A model generated the notes under the pieces. The model worked only from the letters and a program-made list of their open reading frames with translations. It had not been told where the DNA came from and ran no database searches. A stretch of DNA of 63,696 bases, counting the filler, from Craspedostauros australis (taxonomy: Eukaryota): the NCBI GenBank assembly GCA_030167865.1. It is 7 parts of 7 records of this genome, joined end to end, with 100 filler letters (N's around TTAATTAATTAA, not from the genome) between each part and the next. Parts side by side here need not be neighbours in the genome. Positions count along the whole stretch, not along the records: positions 36,813 to 50,095 come from JALAGF010002642.1; positions 50,196 to 55,572 come from JALAGF010002646.1; positions 55,673 to 61,594 come from JALAGF010002647.1; 4 more parts are not named here. One strand, written 5' to 3'. Position numbers and translations under genes: made by a program. Below are positions 47,902-60,358 of the stretch, piece by piece (the stretch's first letter is position 1; the number at the start of each line of letters is the position of its first letter).

Positions 47902-47940
47902 GAGGTTGTGTGAGGTTGTGTGAGGTTGTGTGAGGTTGTG
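47902..47940. repeat. (GAGGTTGTGT)n minisatellite, about 4 copies, just upstream of the FkbM gene
   Basis: Directly visible in the sequence. Confidence 0.85.
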
Positions 47941-50095
47941 GAATGCAGCTGTCCATGAGGAGTGGTTGAATGCAGTGTGATGAGATGCAGTGCAATGCAA
48001 TCGGGTTGAATCCAGTTGAGTTGAGGAGAGTTGAGTTGAGTTGTCTCCTGGCCCAAAGAATTTTGATGTGTGTGTCTTTTTCTGATACTCTACCTTTTTT
48101 TGGCGAGGCGGCGCGAGCCTCCTGTGTTGTTGCCAGACTCGACGGCTGCGCGAGCCAACGGTCAAATTACCTACAGAAAATAGGTGCACGAAGAGCCTCG
48201 TGGGCGAAAACAAGCGAAATGGCTCTTGGCTGTTGTGGAAAGTTCGAAAAGTCTCCCACGTGCTTGCGCGGAGATCTCCGCGTAGCTGATGTGGTTCCTC
48301 TTTTCGGATCGGAGGGAAGAGGGGCGACAGCATCAACGCTTGCTGGATCGCGATCTCGATGTCCGCCACGGACAAGATGATGGATTCCAGCTACAGGGAC
48401 ACGCGGCAAAATGTCGGGGTGCGATCAAAGGACCTCGTGTCTTCAACCAAATCAATGGAGCCCCAGCCAATCAAATGGCTTGGTCTATATCTCTGCCGAG
48501 AGCAAGCCATCCCAATGAAGGGTGAATTGAGGGGAGTTTGGGTGATTTATCCCGAGCTTTGTTGCGCTTGGGGTTCTAATTCGGAACCGTGTGACGCAAT
48601 TGATCTGTTCTGTGTCGGATCGATTCTAGTGTCTTTTGGCTTGGGTGGAGGCCAATTTTTTTGGTAACCATTGGTAACAATTGGTAACTAGTCGTATGAG
48701 TCAATTTCGCCGTAGACGCTGGTACATTTTGTACGTCAGTCCCACNNNNNNNNNNCCAAAAAACACCTTTTCTGCCACAAACCTCCTCGGCAAGTTCATG
48801 CCGCTCCATTTGTTTGAGCTCTCCTTTTGTGAGCATTCGCACGTGTGGTTTTTTATCGCCCTCTCCAAGTTTGGTGGCGATTGGATGGGTAGTTGTCGAG
48901 ATCTGCTCGTTTCTCTGGGGCCACCACTCCATATTGTCATTCACGAATGCCAATCACCGCGATGTATCGTGGCGAATTTTGTGTACCCCAGCGCGTGTTA
49001 ACACGCGGTGGAAATGATCACAAAACAATGTGATACCAACCGATGTGTTCCTCACATGCCATGATCAGTTCCTTACATCCTGATATCATCCATTGTGGTT
49101 TCGTTCATCGTATTGAATTGTAGTTGATGATATGGTTGATACTTTCTACAATATGTTTCAGTTCTACTCCAGAATACTGTACACCAGCAACAGTCTTGGC
49201 AACAGCAACTTGGATGCATGTGTATTGTTGCATCCATCCTGCTTGGGAGAGCAATGATCCCTTGGTTAGCAGCAGCACACAAGAGCAGTCCAAAATAGAG
49301 CAGAGTCGACTGTTTGACATCGAGGAGTCCAATCTCGCCATGCTCTGATCGCTCTTCTTTGGATCTTCCGCATCGCTGAGCATGTGCAACTGCGCCGCGC
49401 ACAATTTCCACGCGGTGTGAGCACATGTTAGCATGTATCGCGTGCGCAATGTAGATGCCAGTGTTCGATTGGCCTTAGCGGCACTCAAGACCAGTGTAGA
49501 ACATCAGGCTACCTCTACAGAACGGTTCGAACGCGGTTTGATAGAGCACAAACAGCGACTGCATCAACGACCCCGCCCATCGCATGAGTGTAGCAACCGG
49601 TGTCAATGAAGACAGTTTTGGCGCCTTATCAGGAAGCGATGTTTCCTCGCGAGGATAGTACACGATAAAGTGACGAAAAAGTTGCAATTGGTATATCTTT
49701 GGAGGAAGTGAGATTCGAAGACCAAGACTACATGGGCAGGTGCAAGAGAGGATTATGCGTCACCTGAAAGCAACGGAACGATGATCCGACGTCAGGGCGA
49801 TGCACAACCTTGCATAAAGTAAAGAGACTCCTGCGAATAAAACAGTTCGAATCAACAACACGTAAAAACGCGGGATATTTTTTGGCGCGAACTTTTGTGC
49901 GTTCACGGATTGATGATCATGGCTGTCACGAGCATTAGTGACTAACTTCAAACACCCAAAGCAACACACAAAGGCATCCTGGACCGCTGACCAACACACC
50001 ACCCGAAGCAGAATGAAGCGACGAATACAACCATGCCATTCACTTGAGCAATTGACGAAGCAGATTTGGATGCGGGTCTTTGGAAGACAGTCGGT

Positions 50096-50195
50096 NNNNN
50101 NNNNNNNNNNNNNNNNNNNNNNNNNNNNNNNNNNNNNNNTTAATTAATTAANNNNNNNNNNNNNNNNNNNNNNNNNNNNNNNNNNNNNNNNNNNN
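50096..50195. other. Artificial scaffold spacer
   Basis: N run with TTAATTAATTAA core. Confidence 0.97.
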
Positions 50196-53100
50196 GTGAG
50201 GGAGAAGGCGAATGCAGAGTGGGGAGATGACATGCTTCGGGTAGGAGGAGATCCAGATATGGTCCAAGAGATGCTCTGCCAGCTGAGGAGTTGGAGCAAC
50301 ATGGACAACATGGAGCCAAGAGCACCAACGCNNNNNNNNNNNNNNNNNNNNNNNNNNNNNNNNNNNNNNNNNNNNNNNNNNNNNNGGATGGGGTATGATG
50401 GTGCGTGGGCGCTGGGCGAGGCAGTGGAGGACAATACAGGAGTCCGTGATGATGGAGGAAGAGCTCCCAATGAAGCCAGCGAACTGGAGAGGCATAGCCG
50501 TTCGAGGGCTGTGGGAGGTTTGACAGAAGCCATGGGAAGCGTGCAGCCGCGTGCTACATGACCAGGATGGACGCAAGCGCGCGGCAGCCCAGGAAAAGAA
50601 GTATGAGCCAGGGTGAACAAGCAATGGGCGATCGGAGGCGGAGGTATCCTGGCCACAGACCAAGCCCTCATGACGAATGTGGCAAGAGTGGAGGTGGTGA
50701 GGTGGCCAGTGGATGCTCAGAGCCAGTGAGTGAAGCATGTGCAAGCAGCACGGATAAGGACCCAGGCAGTTGAGCAGCAACAACGTGCAGCAACACAGGA
50801 GAGAAGAGGAGTACGTCAAGGACTCACACACGCTGTGAGAGTGCAGTGACGAGAAATGGGTCTGCGCAAACGACGGTTATATGGGGCCTTGGGAGGAAGG
50901 GCGAACAAGTAACAATATGGAGCACGGATCAGTGCATGAGGTTCGTGAAAGACCATAGCGGGCGCAAGTTGGATGCCCAGTGCGGTATGTTTGATGGCCC
51001 ATGGTGCTGACAAATCGTGGTAGGCTAGGCAGTGAGATACACAGGGAAGTCGTTTCAGCACAATCGGCCCTAGGCTCGTTGTAGGCGGCCAATACTAAAG
51101 CCTTCAAGGTAACTTTGTACGCGGAGGACATTCAGTGACTTATTATTGTTCTTATTAACATGAATAAGAAGATGTACATATTTGATAGCAGGACGGCAAT
51201 CAGATTCATCCAGATTCTGGCAACAAATATGGCCGCCAAGAATGCAGATGCCTTCCCACACATTAGCTTCTGCCAACCAAAGGGGGTTCATTTGACAATG
51301 GTGCGGATGCGCACACCAGCAAACATGATATGCTTCTCTTGTATGTATGCCTCATGTGGTCTTGGAACTGAACTCCGCACAGGAAGGACATTCATGCCTT
51401 CCATGGTGCGAGCTCTTGCCTGCGACCCTGTTTGCAGCGGGGATGCGCTGAGTGTTGGAAGTCCAAATCTGGTAAGCACAAGTGTGAGGACAAATGAAGG
51501 AGCATCCCTTTTGATTTGAAGCGATACGGAATGAACGAGAGCCTTGTACTTGCGTGACAAACAAGTGGTTGATGATCAATGTACAGAGGCGAATCGTCGT
51601 GCCGAAGGCATGAAGTGTGTGCTTCAACCAACTCCACAGACAACACGGAGCTGATGGGTGACTGGAAGCACTCTTTGAACACAGAAGTATCAAAAATAGG
51701 CAGCCAAGCTGGCAAGGAGAGTGGTAGGATCACAACAGGAAGGAGGACGACAGATCCCGATACACATACCTGGCTCCTTTTCTCCTCTTCGCAAGCAGGA
51801 GAGCATGCACGAGGCAAATAAGGCAATGTACAACACATAAATCACTAATATATGCATTGCAACATTCAGAGAGTTGTTTCGATACTATTGTTGCTGGATG
51901 TGAAGCGCAGATAAGATTTGCATCCATCAGTACAAAACAACACGGTAAAACACACAGTATTTGTCCCAAAGCACAGGCGACAAATGACGACATTGAACGA
52001 TTTTTTACGAGTGTTCGAGTGAGTCACATTATTATTCGCCCCGTGTTAAATCTCCACGTTAAATTCAATTTTGCGTCCTGGCGCAACCAATTTTATCCAT
52101 CCGGGTACTTTTGCGTCAGGAGACAAAAAACAGTGATTTTGCGTCCTGACGCAACAAAAAATCACCGTGGATATGCGATACGCTCCGGAAGCGCGGAGAT
52201 CGGCTGCGACAATGTCGGAGCCCTTCATGCTCTCGACCACGGATGGCACCTGACCCCAACCTTGACGGACGCGGATTTACAACGAGCAGTGAGGAATATA
52301 AGCACAGATGTACCAATCAGCATACGCAGCCGACATGTAAAGGGGCACCAGGATGACAGCACAGGATGGAGCGAGCTTAGCCAATGGGCCAAGATGAATG
52401 TGATAGCGGACAAGGTGGCAGGGGCGGCGCGCATCACGATACCAGCCGATGCGATATACACAGGTCATATCAGAGGTGAAAAAGTGTCTTTTACCAACGC
52501 CGCGAAAATGTCGAGGGTCAGCTATCATGCGGTCGCGCACGGACCCACCTTGAAGGGGGCAGCAGAAGTTTTGCAGTCCAGACGAGTGGTGCAGTCGGAC
52601 GCCCCAGTACAATGGGGGGGGGGGGGGGGCAGTCGGCGAAGCGCTGAGAGAGCTGGATCAAAACAGGCGGCTGCTCACGATCAAGCTGATCACTGGGGAA
52701 GCACCTTTGGGCAAGCGCATGAAGCAGTGGGGCATGAGGTTGTCGGACCAATGTCCCAGTTGTGGCGACTGCGAAGATACGGCGCACTTCTGGCAGTGCA
52801 AAAGCAACGACAGACGAGCGATAGCACGCAGGCACACACATGAGATGAGACAATGGATGAGAAAATACCCGACAAAGCCGGAAGTTGCCGCGGCGCTCAC
52901 GGCCATGCTGCGCAGTCAGCTGGACGGTACTGCCTACCTTCGGACAGCCAATCAGGGGGGCGGACTCCAAGCAGCAATGCAGCAGCAGCTGGCCACCGGG
53001 GCGAAAGCTCTTCGGAAAGGCCTTGTTGTTGGAAACTGGGAGCGAATGCAAGAGGAATATTTGCGGCAGGCACAGTCTCGAAAGTCCGCCACGAAGTGGA

Positions 53101-53603
53101 CCAGACAACTGATACGGCGCATATGGCACATCACATGGGATCAGTGGGCAGCACGCAACGACAATATGTTCAACAGTCAAGACTCGGCCGAAGCCGGGAT
53201 GATTCAAGCTCTTCGCGATAGAGCAGAGTCACTTCGTATTTGCCTCGAGCAAGACAGCACCACGCATGAACACATGCTCCGAACGGCCCCGGCCACAGAC
53301 GCGATCACAGCACAGGTAGCAGTATGGGTGGAGCAAGCCGCACAAGTGCTGCATGAACCGGCCGCCTCTAGCGCCCTGTTCAAGTGGCTTCAATATCGGC
53401 GACACGATCGCCCAGCACCTGCAGAACCGGCGCACGGAAACAGGCAGCTGCAGCATCCAGAACGAGATACACAGAACAATACATGAAGAATACATAGATT
53501 CCGTGCTCCCTTCGTGCCGCGCACGAAGTTCAAAGGAGACAGAGAAAAGCGCCGCCGGCGCAGCCTCATAAGAGGGTTTAATCCTTGAGTTATTTATTTA
53601 TTT
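50196..53603 (+). mobile_element. Degenerate non-LTR retrotransposon 3' part (RNase H + CCHC), same class as the element at 16329-18269, split by a nested insertion
   Basis: SGSAEIGCDNVGAL, RHVKGHQDD...MNVIADKVA, CPSCGDCEDTAHFWQC and IWHITWDQWAARN. Frameshifts occur around the G16 run at 52614-52629. The element ends in (TATT)n. The 5' extent (50196-51039) is only weakly supported. Confidence 0.78.
51040..52169. mobile_element. Putative 1130-bp DNA-transposon derivative, CAC...GTG ends with 4-bp GATA duplication
   Basis: GATA at 51036-51039 and 52170-52173. Termini CACAGGGA and (reverse complement) CACGGTGA. Three TTTTGCGTC subterminal repeats at 52069-52154. It interrupts the LINE RNase H region. 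Confidence 0.5.
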
Positions 53604-54375
53604 GCCATAATGAGTGTGGAAATGAAATGGAGTACTCTCAGGGTTTCTATGTTGCGTCGATCACATGTACGACTACTATTGCTTGATTCTGTCAATGCAT
53701 TGCTGGGCCCTCTCTTCTCGCAGAGTAGTTGTTGGTGTGGTTAATCATTTTGCTGAGTTGGACATGTCCTGCTCCACATGTTGAGCCAGAATAGATCCAT
53801 TGCTCGTAATCATGCTCGCACTCGTAGGCCAGTTGAACATGAATACTGAAGATGCATGCAGTGGGATTGCAAGAACAAGACAAGAAGGAGATGAAAGCAT
53901 GGCATGATGCCGACGCTTCGCCCGGTCTTGACATCCACAGTCCGTTCTTGTTGGCTGGCAGAATACCATAGTGGAAAAGGCGAACCGCCCCTCGGGGATT
54001 CCTACTGCACCTTCCTGACCACAAAAAGATGCCAAGGGGCGGTTGCCATTCGACGGTGATCTTCGTCGCAACTCGGCCACCCGAATCTCGATCCGCCCCT
54101 GGATTGCAGAAAAATAGTCGGTGTTGATGATCATGGAACAAGACCAGGAAGTACCAGGAAGACCACCATCACAAACATTACGACATGATTATCAGACAGA
54201 GGAGGAGGAGGAGGAGGAGGAGGAGGAGGAGCAACGTATCATGGAACACAACGATAACATCGTGGTTTGAGAATCCTGGCGTCCCAATCGTCATCCTCAC
54301 TCTCACAATTTTCAAAAGAACCACAACACCAACCACAACACCACAAATACAGAAACAATCACAGCAACAATTACC

Positions 54376-55416
54376 ATGACGCCATCCAACAAAAGAAGCA
54401 ACGACAACAAGACAGCCATCATTTTCGGTGCCACGGGAGCCGTTGGACGACACCTGGTGGATATCGTCGTTGCAGAACAACCCAGCTGGACTGTCCTGGC
54501 TGTTTCTCGCAATGCAGAGACGAAGATCTTCTCGCATCTGCCTTCCGTCCAGGTCCTCCAAGGCGATCCCAACAACCGAGAGTCGGTCCTCGCGCTGTCG
54601 AAGGATGCCGATATCGTGTACTCATGCATCGGCTTCAACAGATACGAGGCCAAGTACTGGTCTAAGCACTGGCCGATCATCGCGGACAACCTCCTCGCCG
54701 GATCCAACCAGCAACTGCACCAAAAACTCGTATTTTGCGACAACCTCTACGCCTACGGCAGCGGCAACATCTCTCCCAGCAAGGATCCTGCGCTTTACGT
54801 GCAGCCAACCTCGCGACCATCCAAGCCAGGAACAAGGGCAGCGATGTGGAAGCAATTCCAACCCCGATTGGATGACAACCGCATGGTGATCGTCGGAGGC
54901 GCCGACTTTTTCGGTCGATACGTCACGGCCAGCGGCTTCATGGGAGAGACTTTCGTCGGCGCCATCACCAAAGGGCAGAAGCCCATGGCAGTTGGATCGT
55001 CCACCGTCGTCCACGACTTTTGCTTCGTCCCAGACTTCGCCCGCGCGCTTTACGTCGCGAGCATCAATGACGACGCGTACGGTCGCAAATGGATCTGCCC
55101 GCACACCATCCATGGCAAATCGATGACGGACATCGCGCAGGATGTTGGCCAGATCGTGCAGGCACAGAACGGGAAGTCAGGAAGGAAGCGCGCCAAGAAA
55201 ATCTTGGTGACCACATACTCCAAGCGATTCATCTGGATGCTCTCACCCTTCGTCGGGATCATGGGAGAGATCCTCGAGATGTTGCCCATCTGGACGAAGG
55301 ACTACACCGTCGACGACTCCGACTTCATCGATACGTTCGGCATGAAGGCAACGCCGTACGATGAGGCGCTGAGGTCGTATGTCGATTTCTGGAAGGGTGA
55401 AGTCGAGCCACAATAG
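54376..55416 (+). CDS. Atypical SDR / NAD-dependent epimerase-dehydratase family protein
   Basis: IFGATGAVG Rossmann motif, KLVFCDNLYAYG, ADFFG and HDFCFVPDFARAL. Confidence 0.88.
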   Translation: MTPSNKRSNDNKTAIIFGATGAVGRHLVDIVVAEQPSWTVLAVSRNAETKIFSHLPSVQVLQGDPNNRESVLALSKDADIVYSCIGFNRYEAKYWSKHWPIIADNLLAGSNQQLHQKLVFCDNLYAYGSGNISPSKDPALYVQPTSRPSKPGTRAAMWKQFQPRLDDNRMVIVGGADFFGRYVTASGFMGETFVGAITKGQKPMAVGSSTVVHDFCFVPDFARALYVASINDDAYGRKWICPHTIHGKSMTDIAQDVGQIVQAQNGKSGRKRAKKILVTTYSKRFIWMLSPFVGIMGEILEMLPIWTKDYTVDDSDFIDTFGMKATPYDEALRSYVDFWKGEVEPQ

Positions 55417-55572
55417 GACGATGAAGAGGAGATGGAAGTGTGAGAATGCTGTCGATGGGATCATCGACGGAATGGAATAGCCGTAGAGTGTGGAAAGTGT
55501 GAGCACGAGCGCAGATAGTCTTGTTTCGGCGTGGCAAGTACAAGCATTGGGGAAGAGAAGGCGAGCTTCAGA

Positions 55573-55672
55573 NNNNNNNNNNNNNNNNNNNNNNNNNNNN
55601 NNNNNNNNNNNNNNNNTTAATTAATTAANNNNNNNNNNNNNNNNNNNNNNNNNNNNNNNNNNNNNNNNNNNN
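55573..55672. other. Artificial scaffold spacer
   Basis: N run with TTAATTAATTAA core. Confidence 0.97.
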
Positions 55673-57181
55673 AGTTGCATCGCATACAGGAGCCACCCAT
55701 GGACGAAACACTGTTGCAGTGGTGATGTTGGTGTACCTGTTGTTGTTGTTATTGTTATTGTTGTGGTTGTGGTTGTGATTGTGATTGTAACAGGAACGAA
55801 GTGCTCTGTGGAGCAATGATCTCTGTGGAGAGTGTTGGGGTTGTGAGTTTTGTGTGCTCTGCGCTGGCCCAAGACAGCAGCCTTGTTTTGCGCGGACCGG
55901 AGACGAAAACACGCTCAGCAAACACCGACACAGTGTAAAGTGGGGAAATGGAGCAATGACGAAGAGCGAAAGCAACTCGGGCGAATTTTGGGGGGAAAGC
56001 ACCAATTATCCAAAAAATAACGAAAATGCCATATTATTCCGTCGAGGATAAGAACTAGGCGGAAACAAGCGATTTATGACTTAAACGCTATGAAATAGAG
56101 CCAATTATTGCATTTTGAACTGCCCCCCTTGCGCCTGCGCTGTCGAAAGTCGTTCCACGAGCTGCTCACAGTTTTTCAACACCCGTGATGACGATGGCGG
56201 TGTTTGGAGGTTCGGGAAGAGCGTTCTCCATGTCAGCATCACTGGCACGGTGCGCGTTCTGTCTTGGTTGCTTCCTTCGCCGTTGTTGCGAACTGCCCCA
56301 TGAAGCACGGGCACCATTTCATGTGCTGACAACGTTGTCGTTGTTGTTCTTTCGGTCCTCTTCCTTGGAACGAACGTGCTCAAGCGAACAACTGTCCACT
56401 CATGTTCCCGAAGCACATGACACATGATGTCACATGATACATCCGGGTCGCCCAATCATCAAATGTCAATTTTGATGCACGTTCTGCGTCGAGAACACTG
56501 TCGAACTTCATCGTCTGTCCGCAACCAGCGATGCTTTTGATTCGTTTGATTGAACTTACGTCGCGAACGGTTCTTTGTGGCTGGAGAGAGAAAGGCAGAG
56601 AACTTGCAGCCTGTGCTTGTGCAGGTGCTGCGTACATGTACCACACCATAATCTCCAGAGAATACCAAGGAATCTCCAGAGAGAGAGAGAGAGTGTGCAT
56701 GTTTGTTTTGCCTCACGTGTGGACACGCAGTAAAGAACATTGTTGGATACAATTATAATAATATTATACACCCACACTCCATGTAGCACCATACTCGAAC
56801 CTCTTGTTACGGCGAAGAGTTAGGTTCTATCAAGATCAAATACAGAGAGTGTTTGGTAGTCTCCTCTCCAGATACTCTTGGACTTTCACCAACCACCACA
56901 ACTCGAAGACCACATGCTGGAGCATTCGCACTATGAGTATGCACTTGAGTGCTCATGTGGGATCGTGTTGTGTTCAAGCAGTCCTTGCGCGCTGCGAGTG
57001 GTACGTTGTCAGAGTGGAATCATATGGTCGGTGATGCGCTTCTGTATTCGTTTGCACTCATAGCTCGCAGGCGGCAATGGCCAAGCCAAGCGCTCCAGGT
57101 TCATGACGCACTCTTTTTCACTTGTCGACGAAGACGGCACTTGTGCGGAGATGTCTGCGTTTGCCTTTCAGTTCAACATCT

Positions 57182-58006
57182 TCAAGGACGCCTTTGTACT
57201 ACGGGATGGTATGTCCCCTTCGGACTCGATTGAGAGGAACGGCAGCGTCGCCTCCACAGGAGGAAGATGGCAAAGAAGCCGATGGCAACAATGAGCAGAA
57301 CAGTCGTTGAGCTGGAGCTCTGTTGCTCTTTCCATTCTTCGTTTCCCGAAGAAACTGCACCATTGAATGATCCCAATTCACTTTCGTCGGAAACGTCATT
57401 TGCCAGATTGTCCGTAGGCTTTCCAGATGATTCATTGACGACTTCAGCACTGGAATCCTCTTCTTTGCTGTCTCCGGCTTCAGCACTGGAATTGTCTTCT
57501 TTGCTGTCTCCGGCTTCAGCACTGGATTCCTCTTCTTTGCTGTCTCCGGATTCAGCACTGGAATTGTCTTCTTTGCTGTCTCCGGTTTCAGCACTGGATT
57601 CCTCTTCTTTGCTGTCTCCGGATTCAGCACTGGATTCCTCTTCTTTGCTGTCTCCGGTTTCAGCACTGGAATTGTCTCCTTTGCTGTCTCCGGATTCAGC
57701 ACTGGAATCCTCTTCTTTGCTGTCTCCGGCTTCAGCACTGGAATTGTCTCCTTTGCTGTCTCCGGATTCAGCACTGGAATCCTCTTCTTTGCTGTCTCCG
57801 GATTCAGCACTGGATTTCTCTTCTTCAAGTCTCTGTTTTGATTGTTCACGCCTCAGGCCACGCAGCATCGGCTGTCGAGACTCGATCATGACTGTATCTG
57901 CTGCTGTTTGTGCAGTGTTGTCCGCCGCATCATACGTCGCGCCAGGATGCGCTTGCGTGGAGACGCCAAGCTGTGGCTCTCTGGCTGGTGATTCGTTGTT
58001 CGCCAT
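57182..58006 (-). CDS. Acidic Ser/Glu/Asp tandem-repeat single-pass membrane protein
   Basis: The first in-frame ATG is at 58006; an upstream exon is possible. The product has LRGLRR, ten SSAExGDSKxxx repeats, a TM (VLLIVAIGFFAIFLLW), an RRR stop-transfer and a short tail containing YHPV. Confidence 0.72.
   Translation of the reverse strand: MANNESPAREPQLGVSTQAHPGATYDAADNTAQTAADTVMIESRQPMLRGLRREQSKQRLEEEKSSAESGDSKEEDSSAESGDSKGDNSSAEAGDSKEEDSSAESGDSKGDNSSAETGDSKEEESSAESGDSKEEESSAETGDSKEDNSSAESGDSKEEESSAEAGDSKEDNSSAEAGDSKEEDSSAEVVNESSGKPTDNLANDVSDESELGSFNGAVSSGNEEWKEQQSSSSTTVLLIVAIGFFAIFLLWRRRCRSSQSSPKGTYHPVVQRRP
57443..57814. repeat. 36-bp coding tandem repeat, 10 full copies plus a partial
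   Basis: Unit TTCAGCACTGGA(A/T)T(C/T)...TTTGCTGTCTCCGG(C/A/T) with exact 36-nt period. Confidence 0.95.
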
Positions 58007-59124
58007 TGCTATTGCCACTACTTCTGCTATCGTTGTCGTTGTTGCGTCCCTTGACGATTGCTGCTGCTGTTTGTTTCGATATTCTTATATTCTATGAGGG
58101 GAGTGGATGTGAGAGCTGGCACACGTTGGTGTGTGCTGTGTGGTGTGTCTGGTCCGCTCGTCATGTTGTTTCGTGTGTGGATGCATCCTCACAACCTCGT
58201 ACCACAAAACAACACGAACAACACGAAGCCAAACAGGAATCGCGGTGTTCGTCAACAGAGCCGAGAACGACTGTTGGGGCCAAACCGAACCAATCGTACC
58301 AACATGACGTTTTGGATACGCCAAAGGTAGTATACTAACCACGGTTGAAGTAAGAACGAATATCATCAGAAACGATCGTCAGCATGTCCGTTTCAGGCCT
58401 GTTTCAGTGATTGGACCAACACGAGATGAAATACATGATATTTTGGGATGTCTCAATTGCTTTTCGAACGACTATTCAAGTTTCATTTCTATTGCACACA
58501 CTTTGTGCAGTGTTTTTATTTCGGTTGGAAACAGCTGATTTCGGAAGGCTGCGATGAAATGAAGCCCCGCACGCCACGTCAGCCTCATCAAGCCACAACA
58601 GATCGGACACAAACGTACGATCTGCCCAACAAGAGAACAATTTCAACACGAAACGGTCAAATCGTCATCTCGCGCCATCATCACCGATCCAGTCATCCTC
58701 ACCAACACCGTCATCGCCACCATCATCACCATCACCATCACCATCATCACCACGACAACGCAACAACGCAACAACGCAACAACGCAACAACGCAGCAACA
58801 AAAACGGATTCGCACATCCTGTTGCACACGACCGTCGCAGCCTTCGTCACGCACACCTCCTCGCATTCGTGCTGGACGACAACCAACAGCAAAGACAGGA
58901 CGCACAGATCCGAATACAAATGCAAATAGCCACAATTTGATCAAACATTGCAATCCCAACATCCATCCATATCTCTTTCTCTCACTCTCAACCACACACA
59001 ACGCACAGCACAGAACTGTTACAATTCGCATTACACCTCGTATCGACGCGCAAGTTCCACCAAGACGACCACCCGAGCCACACTACATCGCAACCCAACG
59101 CAATCATACTCATCAAGAAAAACT

Positions 59125-60358
59125 ATGATCATGATGAACAGCAAGCTTGTAGCAGCCATCGCCATCGCAGGCATCTCATGTGCATCCGCATTCACTCCGC
59201 GCCAATCCATCTCGCAGCTGCGAACACAAAACGGCGCCCTCAGCTCCCAGCAGCAGCAGCAGCGCCATCAGAAGACATCCCCACTGTTCATGTCGAATGA
59301 CGATGACGTACGTGAGCACTTGAAGCTTGACCGTGTGTTGTTGCAGTAACTTCGGCTTGTCAAATTGTGATGTGCTGCCCCGCACGGCATAAATAGTCGC
59401 GGAGAGGAGAGGAGAGCATTCGCCTGCGATAGCGGCGACAACAACAACAACAACGGAAAACACCAATCGTTGGCATCGAACCGTCCAAGGACACTACCAT
59501 GAAGTAGTTTCGCGGAACATTCCAGCATCATACTCGCATGATGACATGCCGATGCAATCCATAGAACACAACTTTCTCAAATCGAAAACGCTCACACTTC
59601 TTCTGAATCCCTCCTTCCCACGATCCCGCGACACTTCACCTGGACGAAATTGTTGGGGCCGAACACTTTCACCCTTGTCCTCTCAGTGGACCGCATCAAA
59701 GTCGGCCATGATCGGTGGCGCAGGTGTGAACAACGCCGGTGAACCACCATTCGAGATCCGCGGTTTCTCCCTCGGCAACGTCGTCATCCTGGGAGGAGTG
59801 CTCATCACCATCCTCTCCTTCGCGGAATACCTCAGCGACTCTGGCGGCGAAGGCCTCAACGTCTCCGGATTGGGCTTCGTGTACGGAATTCCAATCTTCT
59901 TGGCAGGTGCGGCCCTCAAATACGCCGAGATCAACCCTGTCCCAGTCTTCAGCACCGACGCCGGAGCTGCCATCTTCGAGTCGAAGGCAACCGACACCAT
60001 CCAAAAGATCAAGCAGGACGTCACGCGCCACCGCTACGGAGACGAAGCGCATTTGGACACCACGGTCAAGAAGCTGGGACTCGTCGTCCCAGGCAAGGAC
60101 TACCCTCAGCTCCGCGAATTGCGCGAGGAAGCCATCGACGGTGAGCTCGTTTTCACCATGGTGTGGCAATCCATGGACACGCCGTACAAGATGTGGGCCG
60201 ACGAGCGACGCGTGAAGAAGTACGAAACTTACTTTGGACCAAATGTCAGCGCCGAGGTGGTCAAAATCGACGCCGAACAGCGTCTTGTCGGAATTCGTCT
60301 GACAACTGGTGGATCAAAGCCGAGCACCGTTGAAGAGAGTGCCACCACATCGGCATAA
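59125..60358 (+). CDS. APE1: Plastid-targeted DUF2854 thylakoid protein (APE1/slr0575-like); exons 59125-59307 and 59687-60358
   Basis: Signal peptide ending ASA-FTP plus a transit peptide. Motifs GFVYGIPIFLAGAALKYAEINPVP, ATDTIQKIKQDVTRHRYGDEAHLD and YFGP. Intron GTACGT...CTCAG, phase 0. Confidence 0.88.

Noticed and set aside
46929..47903. Long antisense ORFs (also 12612-13694, 14687-15565, 22410-23375, 57267-58097)
   Set aside because: Shadows of real genes on the opposite strand, expected from GC3-biased codon usage.
48576..50095. Short broken ORFs and a TTGGTAAC triplet near 48661-48688
   Set aside because: May be a decayed element, but no recognisable domain, paired terminus or TSD could be found.
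52614..52629. G16 run as a programmed frameshift or G-quadruplex signal
   Set aside because: Lies in a degenerate LINE with other indels; homopolymer slippage or sequencing error is the simpler explanation.
57443..57814. 36-bp repeats as a CRISPR array
   Set aside because: Units are head-to-tail with no unique spacers, keep a reading frame, and there are no cas genes in this eukaryotic context.
58448..59128. Poly-His ORF upstream of APE1
   Set aside because: Produced by (CAT/CAC)n and CAACAACG microsatellites in a promoter/5' UTR region; no protein-like composition.
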